A program made the position numbers and the translations under genes. The notes below the pieces were generated by a model. That model did not search any database and had not been told where the DNA came from. It saw nothing but the letters and a program-made list of their open reading frames with translations. From assembly GCA_049970055.1 (NCBI GenBank), contig JBMFNR010000001.1, positions 416,001 through 480,000 on the forward strand: a stretch of 64,000 nucleotides of DNA, read 5' to 3'. The DNA comes from Fervidobacterium sp. GTDB lineage: Bacteria > Thermotogota > Thermotogae > Thermotogales > Fervidobacteriaceae. How positions within the stretch are numbered: the first letter of the stretch is position 1; each line of letters opens with the position of its first letter. Positions 10,513 through 22,030 of the stretch are shown in pieces.

Positions 10513-11694
10513 TTACCTGTAATTGATCGAACAATGCTCTTCCGAGAATACCAACCTTAAAAACTCAAACTTGCGGTAATTCACATAAACATCGTAACCA
10601 GGATTTTGACTTAAGAAATCTATAATTGGCATATTTTCGTATTTTTCGTATGTGAAATCCTTTGGTGCAGTTGTGAATTGCTCGATACCAACTCTTGGTT
10701 GTTTGAGTGGCTTAGTCAGTATTGTGTATGTTCCGACCTGTGTTTCAAATGCTTTAAAATACTCTCTCGCAAAAGGATAGTTCTTTTCATTGTAATGATA
10801 AAAACCGATGAATAACTTGAACTCTGGAGATTTTTCGAATTTTCGAATCGATTGGAAATCTAACTTGTACCCTGATAAATATTTTCTTGCAAGAAATATC
10901 AACTGACCAAAAGGGCACCAAGCTGGTGCGTTTACACTTTCACCCCTCATGTATGCTCTATGTACATTTAAACAAACGTTATTTTGAATCGGGATATCTT
11001 TTGTGTAATCTAAATACGCGTTCAGTAAAACTATCAAAGGCGCGAATTTGTTTTCTCTAATGGCTTTTGATACATTCTCTTCAGTAGCACTATCGATAAA
11101 TAAATTGTAAATAAGATTCCAAAATTCAGACTTTTTTGAGACTAGAGCGATTATTTTTTGCAAATTTTCTGCGCTACCTCGAATTAACTCTTTCTCAAGT
11201 AAGAGTATCAATGGATACGTTGATTCTGGGTAGCTTTTCAAAAAATTTATTGCATCTTGCGTTATGTCTTGCCCCATGTACAGCTGAGCTAAAAGCTTGT
11301 TGTAAATTGATTCGATTCCCTTGGCTTGCTCAAACAAATTTACTGCTCTTTTAAAATCGGCTTTCAGAAGACTTATCAAACCTTCAAATATAAACTTGTA
11401 GTTAATGTTCTTAGTTCTTTGGGCGAATATAGTCAGAGTTTTTGAGATAGTATCAATGCTTGCATCATAATCATTAGCATTGATATCGAAAAAGGTAAGA
11501 CTTTCGTCCTCTGAAATATGTGCTGTTGACACCATAGATTCTTTCAAACGCTTTACGGTTTCTTCGTCATACTTTGATTCCTTAGTTTCCTTCGGCTTTT
11601 CTTTGAGAAGTCCTTTCTTTTTTAAGTCTTCCTCAAGTTCCTTCTTCAGTCTTAATATTTTTTCCAGCTTATCTTTTTCGTCATTATCAAACAT
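10513..11694 (-). CDS. Hypothetical protein, helical/TPR-like
   Basis: 393 aa ORF overlapping the radC stop; no catalytic motif recognised. Confidence 0.7.
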   Translation of the reverse strand: MFDNDEKDKLEKILRLKKELEEDLKKKGLLKEKPKETKESKYDEETVKRLKESMVSTAHISEDESLTFFDINANDYDASIDTISKTLTIFAQRTKNINYKFIFEGLISLLKADFKRAVNLFEQAKGIESIYNKLLAQLYMGQDITQDAINFLKSYPESTYPLILLLEKELIRGSAENLQKIIALVSKKSEFWNLIYNLFIDSATEENVSKAIRENKFAPLIVLLNAYLDYTKDIPIQNNVCLNVHRAYMRGESVNAPAWCPFGQLIFLARKYLSGYKLDFQSIRKFEKSPEFKLFIGFYHYNEKNYPFAREYFKAFETQVGTYTILTKPLKQPRVGIEQFTTAPKDFTYEKYENMPIIDFLSQNPGYDVYVNYRKFEFLRLVFSEEHCSINYR

Positions 11695-12364
11695 TCTCCC
11701 ACCCTATTTCCTTAAAATTTTGCCTCAAACTATTGTATGTTCTTCCAATTATTACATGATCAAATAGCACTATTCCTAGTAGCTCTCCCGCTTTCTTTAT
11801 GCGTTTTGTGATATCTATATCATCTTTACTTGGTGTCGGATCGCCAGATGGATGGTTATGAGCAATTATAATGCCAGAAGAATTTCTAATGAGGGCCTCG
11901 CGCAAGATATCCCTTGGATGAGCTATCGACGAATTTAGTGTACCTCGCGAGATATCCTTACTTCCAATGACTTTTAATCTTGAATCCAAAAAGATAACTC
12001 TCACCACTTCCTGGGGAAAAGCTTGCATATCTATGCAGTACTGAAAAACACTCTGCGGTGAGTTCAAAACAGGATCATTGTTAATTGTTTCCTCTTTTAC
12101 CAACCTTTTGGCAAGCTCAAGTGCTGCGAGCAAAGTGACGATTTTCACATCACCAAGTCCTTTGACTTTTCTGAAATCTTCTAGTGTAGCCCTTGACATT
12201 TTGTAAAGACTATTGTCAAAAAGCTCGAACAGTTCTTTGGAAACTTTTAAAACGTCTTTGGCCTTTGTCCCTGTTCTCAGTAGAATAGCTATCAACTCAT
12301 CGGTAGTTAAAGATTCACTACCATCTATCAGCAATTTTTCCCTCGGACCGTTGTTTAAACTCAT
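11687..12364 (-). CDS. radC: RadC/JAB-domain protein
   Basis: PREKL, ELIAILLRTG, HhH GLGDVK, HPRDI, HNHPSGDPTPSKDD, DHVIIG. Confidence 0.95.
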   Translation of the reverse strand: MSLNNGPREKLLIDGSESLTTDELIAILLRTGTKAKDVLKVSKELFELFDNSLYKMSRATLEDFRKVKGLGDVKIVTLLAALELAKRLVKEETINNDPVLNSPQSVFQYCIDMQAFPQEVVRVIFLDSRLKVIGSKDISRGTLNSSIAHPRDILREALIRNSSGIIIAHNHPSGDPTPSKDDIDITKRIKKAGELLGIVLFDHVIIGRTYNSLRQNFKEIGWENV

Positions 12365-12920
12365 TTTTTCCGACTAACCCCCTATCAAATAAAATCCCCC
12401 ACAGCCTGGGAATTGGTAATCCCACGACGTTTGTGTAATCTCCGATAATCTTTTCAACAAATACACCACCTAAACCTTGTATACCATACGCCCCAGCTTT
12501 ATCTAGTGGTTCCCCTGTAGACACATAGTAGTCTATTTCACTTTCTTTTAACTTTCTAAATTTTACCTTCGTCATTTCGTAAAAAGTTATTTCTTCATTT
12601 CCTATTTTAAGACATACACCTGTAAACACCTTGTGCCACTTTCCAGAAAGTTCTCTCAGCATCATTTTAGCATCTTTTTCATCTTTTGGTTTAGTCATAA
12701 CCCTTCCACAGAACCAAACAACTGTATCAGCTGCTATTATTATATCATTTTCTCTATGATTTATAGTGTTGGCTTTCATTATCGCTAACTTGACAACTAG
12801 TTTCTCTGGTTTCTTGCATTTTACTTCTTCGCTTATGTTTGGAGGTACGGTAATAAATTCCAGATTTAACTTTCTTAACAGTTCGACTCTTCTTGGAGAA
12901 GATGATGCAAGTATTAACAA
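12318..12920 (-). CDS. maf: Maf family nucleoside triphosphate pyrophosphatase
   Basis: LILASSSPRR, AADTVV, DKAGAYGIQG, NVVGLP. Confidence 0.95.
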   Translation of the reverse strand: MLILASSSPRRVELLRKLNLEFITVPPNISEEVKCKKPEKLVVKLAIMKANTINHRENDIIIAADTVVWFCGRVMTKPKDEKDAKMMLRELSGKWHKVFTGVCLKIGNEEITFYEMTKVKFRKLKESEIDYYVSTGEPLDKAGAYGIQGLGGVFVEKIIGDYTNVVGLPIPRLWGILFDRGLVGKNEFKQRSEGKIADRW

Positions 12921-12957
12921 ATTGAATTTCCCTCCTCAAATTTTTCCTTAAATTTCA

Positions 12958-13893
12958 CTAAATGTTGAGCTCGTACCAGATGTTTTTAACTTCTATGTTG
13001 TAATCTTTGAATCTATCCATAGAACAAACGACTCCGTTGTACCCCTTAGCAAGCGATATTATCAGTTCATCGGCTGGTGAGTGGTAATAAGTTTTTTTGT
13101 AGTTGAAATATCTTGTTTGGAATTTGTACTTTGCATTTTCGTCGAAAACTATGTAAAAAGGAAAGTAAACTTTATCGAGCTTAGATATGTACTCAAGTAA
13201 TACATCAATTTTCTCAGGTCCTCTAAGGTGTTTTGACATCAATATATTATTTCCGTCTATAATTACAGGCATAGTCCTAGCATCGGCAGTAAGTACTTTC
13301 CAAACATAAGGATGTATCTTAGATTTTACTTTATTTTTCTCGATAGGACTTAAATAATGGGCGAAATCTTTTATCCAAAGATGTTCTTCTAATGTTTCCG
13401 GTTTCACCAAAAGTATCTTTTCAAAGATGTCTTTTATAAATGTGTCGTTTTGTGCACTTTCCAAAGCGTAAAGCTGCATGAAGTTTTCCAACTTATGTTC
13501 TTTCAACTTATTTCTCTGCGAGATTAAAAATTGTTTGTAACTTTTTACCTCGCCACTTGGGAAAGGAAAAGAAGAAGGTTTTACCCAAAAAAGAATTTCG
13601 AATAAAACGTATCTTGAAAGCTTATTTTTTTCAAATTCTACGATTTTGTTCTCTATACTTTCGTTTATGTTAAACAAACTATGAAGTAGAAAAGAAAAAG
13701 CAAAAGGATTGATTTTATTCAATCCTTCCTTTTCCGGTCGCTCGAAATTTCTTACAAGTACCAGGATTTTTTGCTTATTTACTTTTTTGTAATCTCTTAA
13801 AACATCTAATATCACTTTTCGCTTGATCTCGAGATTTTTAAGTCGCTCAACGTACTCTTGACTGTAAATATCAGTCTTCTCAAATTTTGCCAC
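12958..13893 (-). CDS. Protein with C-terminal PIN-like NYN (Zc3h12a-type) ribonuclease domain
   Basis: VIIDGNNI…IVFD…ADELII…VVCSMDRFKDY acidic motif pattern. Confidence 0.65.
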   Translation of the reverse strand: MAKFEKTDIYSQEYVERLKNLEIKRKVILDVLRDYKKVNKQKILVLVRNFERPEKEGLNKINPFAFSFLLHSLFNINESIENKIVEFEKNKLSRYVLFEILFWVKPSSFPFPSGEVKSYKQFLISQRNKLKEHKLENFMQLYALESAQNDTFIKDIFEKILLVKPETLEEHLWIKDFAHYLSPIEKNKVKSKIHPYVWKVLTADARTMPVIIDGNNILMSKHLRGPEKIDVLLEYISKLDKVYFPFYIVFDENAKYKFQTRYFNYKKTYYHSPADELIISLAKGYNGVVCSMDRFKDYNIEVKNIWYELNI

Positions 13894-13902
13894 GATTGCC
13901 TC

Positions 13903-14505
13903 CTAGAGTTTGAAGAAAGGATTTATTTCAAATAGCCTTTTTAATGACACTATTTCACCATGCCCTGGGCAAATTTTTGATTCACGAGGTAGATTTTTAA
14001 AATATTCTCTGAGATTTCTAATCACTTTTTTCATTTCTTCGCGCATGCGTATAGCAAGATCTTTGTCCAAGTACAGATCGACTCGCCCAATGGTATTAGA
14101 AAAAACTACATCTCCTGTGAAGATGTGGCCCTCGATTAATATTATCCTGGAACCAAGGGTATGCCCTGGAGCCACTATTGTGGTAAAGTACTCATCTATA
14201 TTATACCACTCAACATCTACACTGAAAAGTTCATCGAAAAAAAGCGACAAATTCAGCGAAGGGGTTTTCAAGTTTTCACTATCCTCAGGAGAGATGAATA
14301 TCTTTCCGACATTCAGCTCCAAAATACCAGCTATATGGTCATAATGTCCATGAGTTATCAAGACGTTGTACTTTTTATTCGAGTCCAAATACATTCCTAT
14401 ACCTTTACCAGGATCAACGACGTAATCAACGCCGTCGATGGTAAGGTAGTAACTATTTGTTTCGAGTTTGCCTGATGTTTTGAAAACTTGGAAATTACTT
14501 ACCAT
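13903..14505 (-). CDS. MBL-fold metallo-hydrolase (glyoxalase II-like)
   Basis: THGHYDH, PGHT, FTGD, PGHG. Confidence 0.9.
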   Translation of the reverse strand: MVSNFQVFKTSGKLETNSYYLTIDGVDYVVDPGKGIGMYLDSNKKYNVLITHGHYDHIAGILELNVGKIFISPEDSENLKTPSLNLSLFFDELFSVDVEWYNIDEYFTTIVAPGHTLGSRIILIEGHIFTGDVVFSNTIGRVDLYLDKDLAIRMREEMKKVIRNLREYFKNLPRESKICPGHGEIVSLKRLFEINPFFKL

Positions 14506-14530
14506 CAGTTTTTCCCTTCTTTTGGTAAAA

Positions 14531-15676
14531 TTAACGAAGCAAAAGATTATACAAAAAATTCGCACTAAAGCCCGCTACGATTCCCCCAATAGTGTGAGAT
14601 AGGATAGCTTTGCTTGTAAGGTATCTATAACCAAGCGCATCCATCATACCAACGTGTGTACTTAGATACCCACTCCAAGTCATGCCTATTGCAGTAAATA
14701 CCGCTATATCACTTGGTTTTACAAGGCCGTGAGCCATAAATTTTGGTACCAGTGCAAGTGCCGCTCCAGTAGAACCAAGACACGTAATAGGGAATGCAAC
14801 AAGTTGTGGATAATCAAACCCAAACAAAATTTTCAAGGGCCAGAACAAATACTTTCCAATCTTGTCAAAAAGTGCAATTCCTTCGTATGGAAGGCCTTGG
14901 TATCCAGTAGTAAGATCCTTTGGACCAAATGTGAGCATCATTACCAAAGTGCTGATTACAAGTACACCTGGTATGATACTAATACCAATGTCAACACCCA
15001 TTTTTCCACCATCGAGTATAGCTTCAAGAAATCTTTCAAAAGCATTGCCTTCCCTAATTTCCCGGTATCTCAAATTCATGTGCTCAACCTCTTTCTGGAC
15101 ATTCCCTAACCTTTTTTTCGTCCAAATAGAGAATAGTCTCACACTCACAATGCTACCTATAACTGTTGCGATGTTACCAATAATAACAGCGGGTACCAAA
15201 TTAACACCTGCTCTTCCACCCTGAGCTATGAAAAACGTGGATACAATCATCCCCATTCCAAATGCCGTTCCAAGGTTACAAAGCAAAGGCTCCTGCCACT
15301 TTTCAAAGTGCGAGATAAAAGACTTATCTTTTGCCAAGGATATTATCGCTGGATTATCTGAAAAATATGTTGAAAGAATACCAATTGCCGCAATTCCTGG
15401 GAGGTTGTAAAGTGGTTTCATCAACTTATCAAGAACTAGATGTATCCAGTGAACTATTCCAAATTCATTCAAAAGTGAGGCGAACGCACCAGTTAAAACC
15501 GCTACTGCCATGATGAAAAACACAGTATTCAAAAGCAAATCGTGTGCGGTAGCCATCAATGTTTTGAAAAAATTGGCACTTCCCATCGTTCCAATAAAAA
15601 TCCAGAAAAACAAAATGACAAAAACCAGAAAAACGAAAGATTCTAAAGAAAATAAAGGTTTCCTTTCCACACACAC
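14531..15676 (-). CDS. Polytopic membrane protein, Gate/nucleoside-recognition-like (CD0519/CD1768-like)
   Basis: Hydrophobic; LMKPLYNLPG, TYFSDNPAI, WSGYLSTH. Confidence 0.65.
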   Translation of the reverse strand: MCVERKPLFSLESFVFLVFVILFFWIFIGTMGSANFFKTLMATAHDLLLNTVFFIMAVAVLTGAFASLLNEFGIVHWIHLVLDKLMKPLYNLPGIAAIGILSTYFSDNPAIISLAKDKSFISHFEKWQEPLLCNLGTAFGMGMIVSTFFIAQGGRAGVNLVPAVIIGNIATVIGSIVSVRLFSIWTKKRLGNVQKEVEHMNLRYREIREGNAFERFLEAILDGGKMGVDIGISIIPGVLVISTLVMMLTFGPKDLTTGYQGLPYEGIALFDKIGKYLFWPLKILFGFDYPQLVAFPITCLGSTGAALALVPKFMAHGLVKPSDIAVFTAIGMTWSGYLSTHVGMMDALGYRYLTSKAILSHTIGGIVAGFSANFLYNLLLR

Positions 15677-15725
15677 TCTCCCCTTCCTATGCTGATGTTT
15701 TCCTGTATTTCAAGTGTTAGTTTAC

Positions 15726-15761
15726 CATTAGCCTGTCATTAGTCTATCATTAATCTATCAT
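15726..15761. repeat. Three imperfect 11-bp tandem repeats
   Basis: CATTAGCCTGT / CATTAGTCTAT / CATTAATCTAT / CAT. Confidence 0.75.
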
Positions 15762-15780
15762 CACAGGTTACTAAGGTCAA
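15752..15780 (-). promoter_or_regulatory. Sigma70-type promoter for the leftward operon starting at 15676
   Basis: Minus strand TTGACC-N17-TAGATT with an extended TG. Confidence 0.55.
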
Positions 15781-15808
15781 AGGCACAGTAATTCAAAAAA
15801 ATAGATTT

Positions 15809-15837
15809 TTGATTTGAAAATACTTTGATGGTATAAT
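15809..15837 (+). promoter_or_regulatory. Sigma70-type promoter for the rnr operon
   Basis: TTGATT-N17-TATAAT with extended TG. Confidence 0.7.
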
Positions 15838-15935
15838 AATCTATGTGATTTGTATGTATATTGTCCATTTCTTGAAATTACCAAAACTTTGAAGAACGTG
15901 ATGGAGTTTGCCAACTTGAATGAGGAGGAATTTAT

Positions 15936-18179
15936 ATGCCAAAAAAAACGGAATTAAGAAAGTTATTTAAACAACCAGACTATTCTCCCATGACTTTCAA
16001 AGAATTATGCAGATTCTTTGGAGTAAGTGATCAAAAGGGGAAGGAACTTTTAAAAAGGCAACTTGATGAGCTAGTGCACTCCGGATACATTTTCAAATCA
16101 GATGATGGAAGATATCAGCTTTCCAAGGGTAATCTTTTAGTCGGTATAATTGAATTTACAAGAAGTGGTAATATCGCATTTGTTTTAACAGACAGCGGAG
16201 AAGAAATAGCAATACCTATCGAGAAAACAAATTTAGCCATGCATAAAGATAAAGTGCAGGTACAAGTCATCGGAAAGTGGTACGAGCTACCTGAAGGCAG
16301 GGTAGTTAAAATACTCGAAAGAGGCATAAAAAGGTTTGTTGGAGTATTTGAAACACGTGGGCAATTTGCATTCGTAATACCCGATGATCCAAAATTACCT
16401 TACGAGTTCAAAGTACCAATAGAAGAAATAAATGGTGCAAAACCAGGGATGAAGATTGTTGCTGAGATAACAAAGTATCCGTCTATCAAACGATCACCTG
16501 AAGCAAGGGTTGTTGAAGTACTTGGTAGAGTCGAGGATCCAGCGACAGATTTTCCAACAGTTGTTGTAAAACATGACCTTCCGGTTCAATTTCCTGATGA
16601 AGTGATGGAAGAAGTTGCAAAACTTCCGGATAAAGTATTACCCGAGGACTTAGAGGGAAGATGGGATTTCAGAAATGAAATTATTGTAACGATAGATGGG
16701 GCTGATGCGAAAGACTTCGATGATGCGGTGCAAGTCAAAAAGCTTCCAAATGGGAATTACTTACTTGGCGTTCACATAGCCGATGTTTCCCATTACGTAA
16801 AACCAAACACGGCATTAGACAAAGAAGCATTCAACAGAGCAACAAGCATTTACCTTGCAGATAGAGTGATACCTATGTTACCATTCAAGCTTTCCAACGG
16901 TTTGTGCAGTCTTGTACAAGGCGAAGATAGATTAGTCATGTCTCTTTTAATGGAAATTGATGAAAAAGGTGAAGTTGTCAATTACAAAGTGGGTAAGGGT
17001 GTGATAAAAAGTTACAGACGTCTTGTCTACGACGATGTAAATGCGTTCTTGGAAGGTAGTCCTGAAGGAGCCAAGCTCAAGGACCTTTCCGAACATATTT
17101 ACCTGATGAAAGAATTGAAAGATATCCTCAGGGAAAATAGAAGACGTAGAGGTGCAATTTTGGATATCGAAGGTGATGAAATCAAAATTATTCTCGACGA
17201 CAAAGGCCATGCAATAGACATTATTCCCAGAAAACGCGGTGAGTCAGAAGTTATCATAGAAGAATTCATGATAAAAGCGAACGAAACAGTTGCGGAAATA
17301 TTTCACAACGCAGATATTCCTTTTATCTACAGGATCCACGAAGAACCTGATTTTGATACGCTCTTTCAACTGAAAAACTACCTCAGTGCCATCGGTATAA
17401 ACATGAAATTGCCTCAGCAGATTCATCCAAAAATCTTGCAAGAATTACTTGAAAAAACAAAAGATCACCCGCTAAGAAGTAGCATTCAAAGACTGCTTGT
17501 TAGATCAATGAAGCGTGCCATTTACTCCCCGAGTAACGTGGGACATTTTGGACTTGCATCGGAAGCTTATACACATTTCACATCACCTATAAGGAGATAT
17601 CCCGATCTTATCGTTCACAGACTTTTAAAGTTGTATCTTGAAACCGGTGGAAAGCTTTCGAAAAAGGAAATTAGGTCCCTTGAGAGATACCTTGAAAAAG
17701 CCTCTGTGCATTGTAGTAAGAGAGAGCGAGTTGCTGATGAGGCTGAATGGGATTACGAAGCGTTAAAGAAAATAGATTATATCTCTCGACACATAGGAGA
17801 GATATACAAAGTTGTTGTGATTTCTGTTGCAAAATTCGGACTATTTGTGGAAATCCCAGAAAAATACATCTCAGGTCTCATACACATCTCCACATTGGAC
17901 GACTATTACTTCTACGATGAACAAAAGAGCATACTTACTGGTAAACACACTGGAAAAATCTATCGTATTGGAGATACCCTGTACGCAAAAGTGGTCAAGG
18001 CGGACAAAATCAGAATGGAGATAGACTTTGTCGAAGCTTCACCTGATGAAGTCGAAAAGGTTGAAAACGTACTTGAAAAAGTAAGCAATAAATCCAAAAA
18101 GAGCAAGGGAAGTTCGAAAAGATCTAGAAACAAAAATAATAGTTCTAAAGAAAGAAAACAAAAAAATAAGAGAAAATAA
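15936..18179 (+). CDS. rnr: Ribonuclease R
   Basis: [37 protein letters not shown]1 domain and basic tail. Confidence 0.97.
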   Translation: MPKKTELRKLFKQPDYSPMTFKELCRFFGVSDQKGKELLKRQLDELVHSGYIFKSDDGRYQLSKGNLLVGIIEFTRSGNIAFVLTDSGEEIAIPIEKTNLAMHKDKVQVQVIGKWYELPEGRVVKILERGIKRFVGVFETRGQFAFVIPDDPKLPYEFKVPIEEINGAKPGMKIVAEITKYPSIKRSPEARVVEVLGRVEDPATDFPTVVVKHDLPVQFPDEVMEEVAKLPDKVLPEDLEGRWDFRNEIIVTIDGADAKDFDDAVQVKKLPNGNYLLGVHIADVSHYVKPNTALDKEAFNRATSIYLADRVIPMLPFKLSNGLCSLVQGEDRLVMSLLMEIDEKGEVVNYKVGKGVIKSYRRLVYDDVNAFLEGSPEGAKLKDLSEHIYLMKELKDILRENRRRRGAILDIEGDEIKIILDDKGHAIDIIPRKRGESEVIIEEFMIKANETVAEIFHNADIPFIYRIHEEPDFDTLFQLKNYLSAIGINMKLPQQIHPKILQELLEKTKDHPLRSSIQRLLVRSMKRAIYSPSNVGHFGLASEAYTHFTSPIRRYPDLIVHRLLKLYLETGGKLSKKEIRSLERYLEKASVHCSKRERVADEAEWDYEALKKIDYISRHIGEIYKVVVISVAKFGLFVEIPEKYISGLIHISTLDDYYFYDEQKSILTGKHTGKIYRIGDTLYAKVVKADKIRMEIDFVEASPDEVEKVENVLEKVSNKSKKSKGSSKRSRNKNNSSKERKQKNKRK

Positions 18180-18205
18180 AAAATTACATCTTTGAGGTGG
18201 GAATT

Positions 18206-20242
18206 ATGGTCCCGGAAAAGGTAAGGGAAGAGGTGGGAAAATTAAGAAAAGAAATCGAATACCATAATTACAGGTATTACGTTCTTGCTCAACCTGTTAT
18301 AAGTGATGAAGAATACGATAAATTAATGAAAAGATTGATTGAATTAGAGGAAAAATACCCGGAATTGAAAACACCAGATTCACCTACTCAAAGGGTTGGG
18401 GGACAGTTAATTGAAGGGTTTGAAACTGTTGAGCATAGCGAGCCTATGCTTAGTTTAGACAATACCTACAACGAAATAGAGATAATGGACTTTAACGAGC
18501 GAATTAGAAAAAGCGTAGGAGATGTTCAGTACGTAGTAGAATTGAAAATAGATGGAGTTTCTATTGCGTTACGGTACGAAGATGGTTTATTAGTGAAAGC
18601 AATAACAAGAGGGGATGGACTTAAAGGGGACGATGTAACGGCGAATGTGAAAACGATAAAATCTATTCCTTTACGATTACCCGAACCGTTGACAATTGAA
18701 GTACGTGGTGAAATATTCATGCCTGTGCAGTATTTTGAAGAACTAAATGAACAAAGGGAAGAGGAAGGCTTGCAACCATTTGCAAATCCGAGGAACGCTA
18801 CGGCAGGTACTCTACATCTTCTTAATCCCTCCGAAGTTGCTCAAAGGAAATTAGATTCATTCATGTATTATATCGTAAAACCTCAGCAGTACGGTCTAAA
18901 AAGCCAGTGGGAATCTTTGGAATTTCTCAGAAAATTACACTTCAAAGTGAATTCAGAAAGTAAATTGTGCGACAATATTGAAGAAGTTATCGAATATTGG
19001 AAAGAATGGACAAACAAAAGAAAGTATTTGGAATACTGGATTGATGGTATTGTGGTTAAAGTAAATGATTTTGAAAAGCAGAACGAACTTGGCTGGACTG
19101 CAAAATCTCCACGTTGGGCGATTGCCTTTAAATTTCCCGCGCAACAGGTGAGAACAAAGATAGTAAATATAGCATTTCAAGTTGGTAGAACGGGAGTCAT
19201 AACCCCCGTTGCTGAATTCGATCCAGTCGAACTTGAAGGTAGCGTCGTCAAGAGGGCATCATTGCATAATTTTGATTACATACAAGAAAACGATATAAGA
19301 GTGGGCGATTATGTTTTCGTCGAAAAAGCTGGAGGTATAATTCCACAGATTTCTTATGTTGTTAAAGAACTGCGCGATGGAGACGAAATTGTGGTAACGC
19401 CTCCCGACAATTGCCCTGTTTGTGGAGGACCTGTGGGTAAAGAGTCTGGTGAATACGTTGCATACAAATGCTTAAATCCACATTGCCCTGCCAAATTGAA
19501 AAGGCATCTTGAAGTTTTTGCCTCTCGTCAGGCCCTAGATCTTCAGGGCCTTGGGCCAAAGATAATCTCAAAGCTTGTTGATGGAGGACTAGTTAAAGAT
19601 ATCGCAGACATATTTTACCTAAATATATTTGATTTAGCCCAAATAAGTGGTCTTGGTCAAAAGATGATTTCTAACATACTTAACCAAGTAGAAAAAGCCA
19701 AACAAACACCGTTTGACAGATTGATTGTGGGACTTGGAATACCAGGTGTAGGTGAGAAAACTGCTAAGGTACTTGCTAAAAAATATAAAAATATCAATGA
19801 ATTGTCTAATGCAACAATAGATGAACTTATGCTAATTGAAGGAATCGGCAAAGATATCGCGGAAAGCATTGTTGAATATTTTAGAAATCCTAAGACTAAG
19901 GAAATTATTGATAAACTTAAGAGAGCTGGAGTAAATCTCGGGAGCCGAGAAGAAGTAAAATCTAATATACTTGATGGATTAACCTTTTGCGTAACAGGTA
20001 CATTGAAAAATTTTTCAAGAGAGGAAATTAAGAGGTTTATTGAAATTCTAGGTGGGCATTTTACAGACAGCTTAACTAAAAAAACTGATTACTTAATTGT
20101 AGGAGAAAATCCAGGAAGTAAGCTTGAAAAAGCGAAAAAATTTGGCGTTAGAATGACCTCAGAGGAAGAGTTTTTGAATATGTTAAGAGAGAAAGGGGTA
20201 AGGATTGAAGAGAAATGGAAGCAAAAAGATACGCTGTTTTAG
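18206..20242 (+). CDS. ligA: NAD-dependent DNA ligase
   Basis: ELKIDG, TRGDG, ANPRNA, Zn finger CPVC…CLNPHC, C-terminal BRCT. Confidence 0.97.
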   Translation: MVPEKVREEVGKLRKEIEYHNYRYYVLAQPVISDEEYDKLMKRLIELEEKYPELKTPDSPTQRVGGQLIEGFETVEHSEPMLSLDNTYNEIEIMDFNERIRKSVGDVQYVVELKIDGVSIALRYEDGLLVKAITRGDGLKGDDVTANVKTIKSIPLRLPEPLTIEVRGEIFMPVQYFEELNEQREEEGLQPFANPRNATAGTLHLLNPSEVAQRKLDSFMYYIVKPQQYGLKSQWESLEFLRKLHFKVNSESKLCDNIEEVIEYWKEWTNKRKYLEYWIDGIVVKVNDFEKQNELGWTAKSPRWAIAFKFPAQQVRTKIVNIAFQVGRTGVITPVAEFDPVELEGSVVKRASLHNFDYIQENDIRVGDYVFVEKAGGIIPQISYVVKELRDGDEIVVTPPDNCPVCGGPVGKESGEYVAYKCLNPHCPAKLKRHLEVFASRQALDLQGLGPKIISKLVDGGLVKDIADIFYLNIFDLAQISGLGQKMISNILNQVEKAKQTPFDRLIVGLGIPGVGEKTAKVLAKKYKNINELSNATIDELMLIEGIGKDIAESIVEYFRNPKTKEIIDKLKRAGVNLGSREEVKSNILDGLTFCVTGTLKNFSREEIKRFIEILGGHFTDSLTKKTDYLIVGENPGSKLEKAKKFGVRMTSEEEFLNMLREKGVRIEEKWKQKDTLF

Positions 20243-20913
20243 CCTTTGGAGGCATTGGTAATCGATTTGGGTGGGAAAAACCAAAGCAATTCTATCCTTT
20301 GGTACATGGGAAAACCATATTAGAATATGTCGTAGAAAAATTTGTTTCTTTCGATATCTTTAACTCTTTTATTGTCGTATCGCCGAAAGAATACATAAGT
20401 GAAGTAGAATCACTTATAAGGCACATAAGACATAACATACATATAATTCCAGGTGGAAATGCTAGAGAATATTCTATTTGGAATGCGGTATTGTTTTTAA
20501 ATAACATCGCTAAGGATGACGATATTGTGTTGATCCATGATGGTGTAAGACCACTGGTATCGAAAGAGCTTGTTGTTGAAAACATTGAGAAATGTGAAAA
20601 GTTTGGTGCAGCCGTCACGGCAATGAACTCCATTGATACGATTAGCCTCTCCGAAGATGGATTAAAAATCCAAGAAATCATTCCAAGAAGCAAAGTATAT
20701 TTGCACCAAACACCTCAGACATTTAAGTATGGTATAATAAAAGATGCTATGGAGCGAGCGAAAGACGCGTTAGATAAGTTTTCCGACGATGCTTCAATAG
20801 TTTTAGCCTGCGGTTACGATGTTTACTACGTAAACGGTACAAAGGCGAATTTTAAAATAACGACCATTGAAGATGTAAATGTGGCAAAACAAATACTGAG
20901 TCAAGATAAATAA
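20215..20913 (+). CDS. ispD: 2-C-methyl-D-erythritol 4-phosphate cytidylyltransferase (IspD/TarI family)
   Basis: GGIGNRFG…[32 protein letters not shown]. Confidence 0.85.
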   Translation: MEAKRYAVLAFGGIGNRFGWEKPKQFYPLVHGKTILEYVVEKFVSFDIFNSFIVVSPKEYISEVESLIRHIRHNIHIIPGGNAREYSIWNAVLFLNNIAKDDDIVLIHDGVRPLVSKELVVENIEKCEKFGAAVTAMNSIDTISLSEDGLKIQEIIPRSKVYLHQTPQTFKYGIIKDAMERAKDALDKFSDDASIVLACGYDVYYVNGTKANFKITTIEDVNVAKQILSQDK

Positions 20914-20944
20914 TAGGTAAACTAAGAAAAGGGAGGAGATCTTT

Positions 20945-21973
20945 CTGAACCTCAGAAAAATTATCATCAACATTATCTTAGCAGTCGTTATAGGATTGTC
21001 AATTGTCAATATCGTTGGTCTATTTTTTGCAAAGCAAAACCCCTACACAGCACTACTTTCTTATCCAATAAGGGTAATTCCACTTCTTTTGTTCTTTGTG
21101 TTTGTTGATTATTTATTGCACGCAGTTCGGCTAGTGATAGTAGTTAGAAGTATGGGATATAAAATCACTTTTCTACAAGCTTTGGAGAATGTGTTTTTTA
21201 ACATATATTTTTCCTATGTAACTCCTATGTCCATAGGGGGACAGCCATTCCAAATTTATCATCTTTCGAAAATTGGAATACCAACTTACGATGCAACAAA
21301 CATAGCGATAACACGAATGTTCGTTGGAATAATGGTTGTTTTTACGGTTGACCTTCTTTTAATTAATCAAGTCATCTCGACGCTTCAAGGTACTATCGGT
21401 CTCGGCATTGTTTTGATTGGATTTTTAGTTACGGTAGGTATCAGTGTAGCAGGTTTTATGGCTTTCACAAATCAAAAAATTCTTTTTGGAATTGTTAAAT
21501 TCTTTGGTAAGATCATAAAATCTGAAAAGGTAAAGGAGAAAGAAGAATCGGTAGTAAAGTGGATTCAAAAAATGGGAGAATCAACTAAAACTCTGTTTTT
21601 GAAAAATTATTGGTCACTTGTAATTGACTGGGGTTTAGGTTCTCTCGCATCGATTCTTACACCACTGATTTTAAAAACTTCTATAGAAGCTGTAACTTCA
21701 GTGCATTTACCTTTGGCAAACATGTGGGGGATACTTATGATGCTCAATACTTTGGTTTATTACGTGCCAACCCCAGGCTCAAGTGGTGGTATCGAAGGTT
21801 TTTATCAACTCGTTTTTTCCCATATCTACGATACTAAGTCTGCGATGGTTGGTATTTTGGTGTACAGGATTGTAACCTACTACTTGATAATCTTTCTGGG
21901 GACTGCACTTATATGGAGGTTTGCGAAAATCAGAGAAGAAGTGAATATAGCTCAAGCAGAAGCAAAAAAATGA
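20945..21973 (+). CDS. Lysylphosphatidylglycerol-synthase TM/flippase-like (UPF0104) membrane protein; probable CTG start
   Basis: VTPMSIGGQP, PTPGSSGGIEG, YRIVTYY; in-frame CTG 6 nt after GGGAGGAG. Confidence 0.8.
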   Translation: MNLRKIIINIILAVVIGLSIVNIVGLFFAKQNPYTALLSYPIRVIPLLLFFVFVDYLLHAVRLVIVVRSMGYKITFLQALENVFFNIYFSYVTPMSIGGQPFQIYHLSKIGIPTYDATNIAITRMFVGIMVVFTVDLLLINQVISTLQGTIGLGIVLIGFLVTVGISVAGFMAFTNQKILFGIVKFFGKIIKSEKVKEKEESVVKWIQKMGESTKTLFLKNYWSLVIDWGLGSLASILTPLILKTSIEAVTSVHLPLANMWGILMMLNTLVYYVPTPGSSGGIEGFYQLVFSHIYDTKSAMVGILVYRIVTYYLIIFLGTALIWRFAKIREEVNIAQAEAKK

Positions 21974-22030
21974 CAATGAACAACAATAAAAAAGTGAAAT
22001 ATCTTAAAAGGACTGAAAGAGGTGATAGAC

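Noticed and set aside
11687..12364. RadC as a mobile-element or defence JAB protein
   Set aside because: Full-length chromosomal form in the usual maf-radC arrangement
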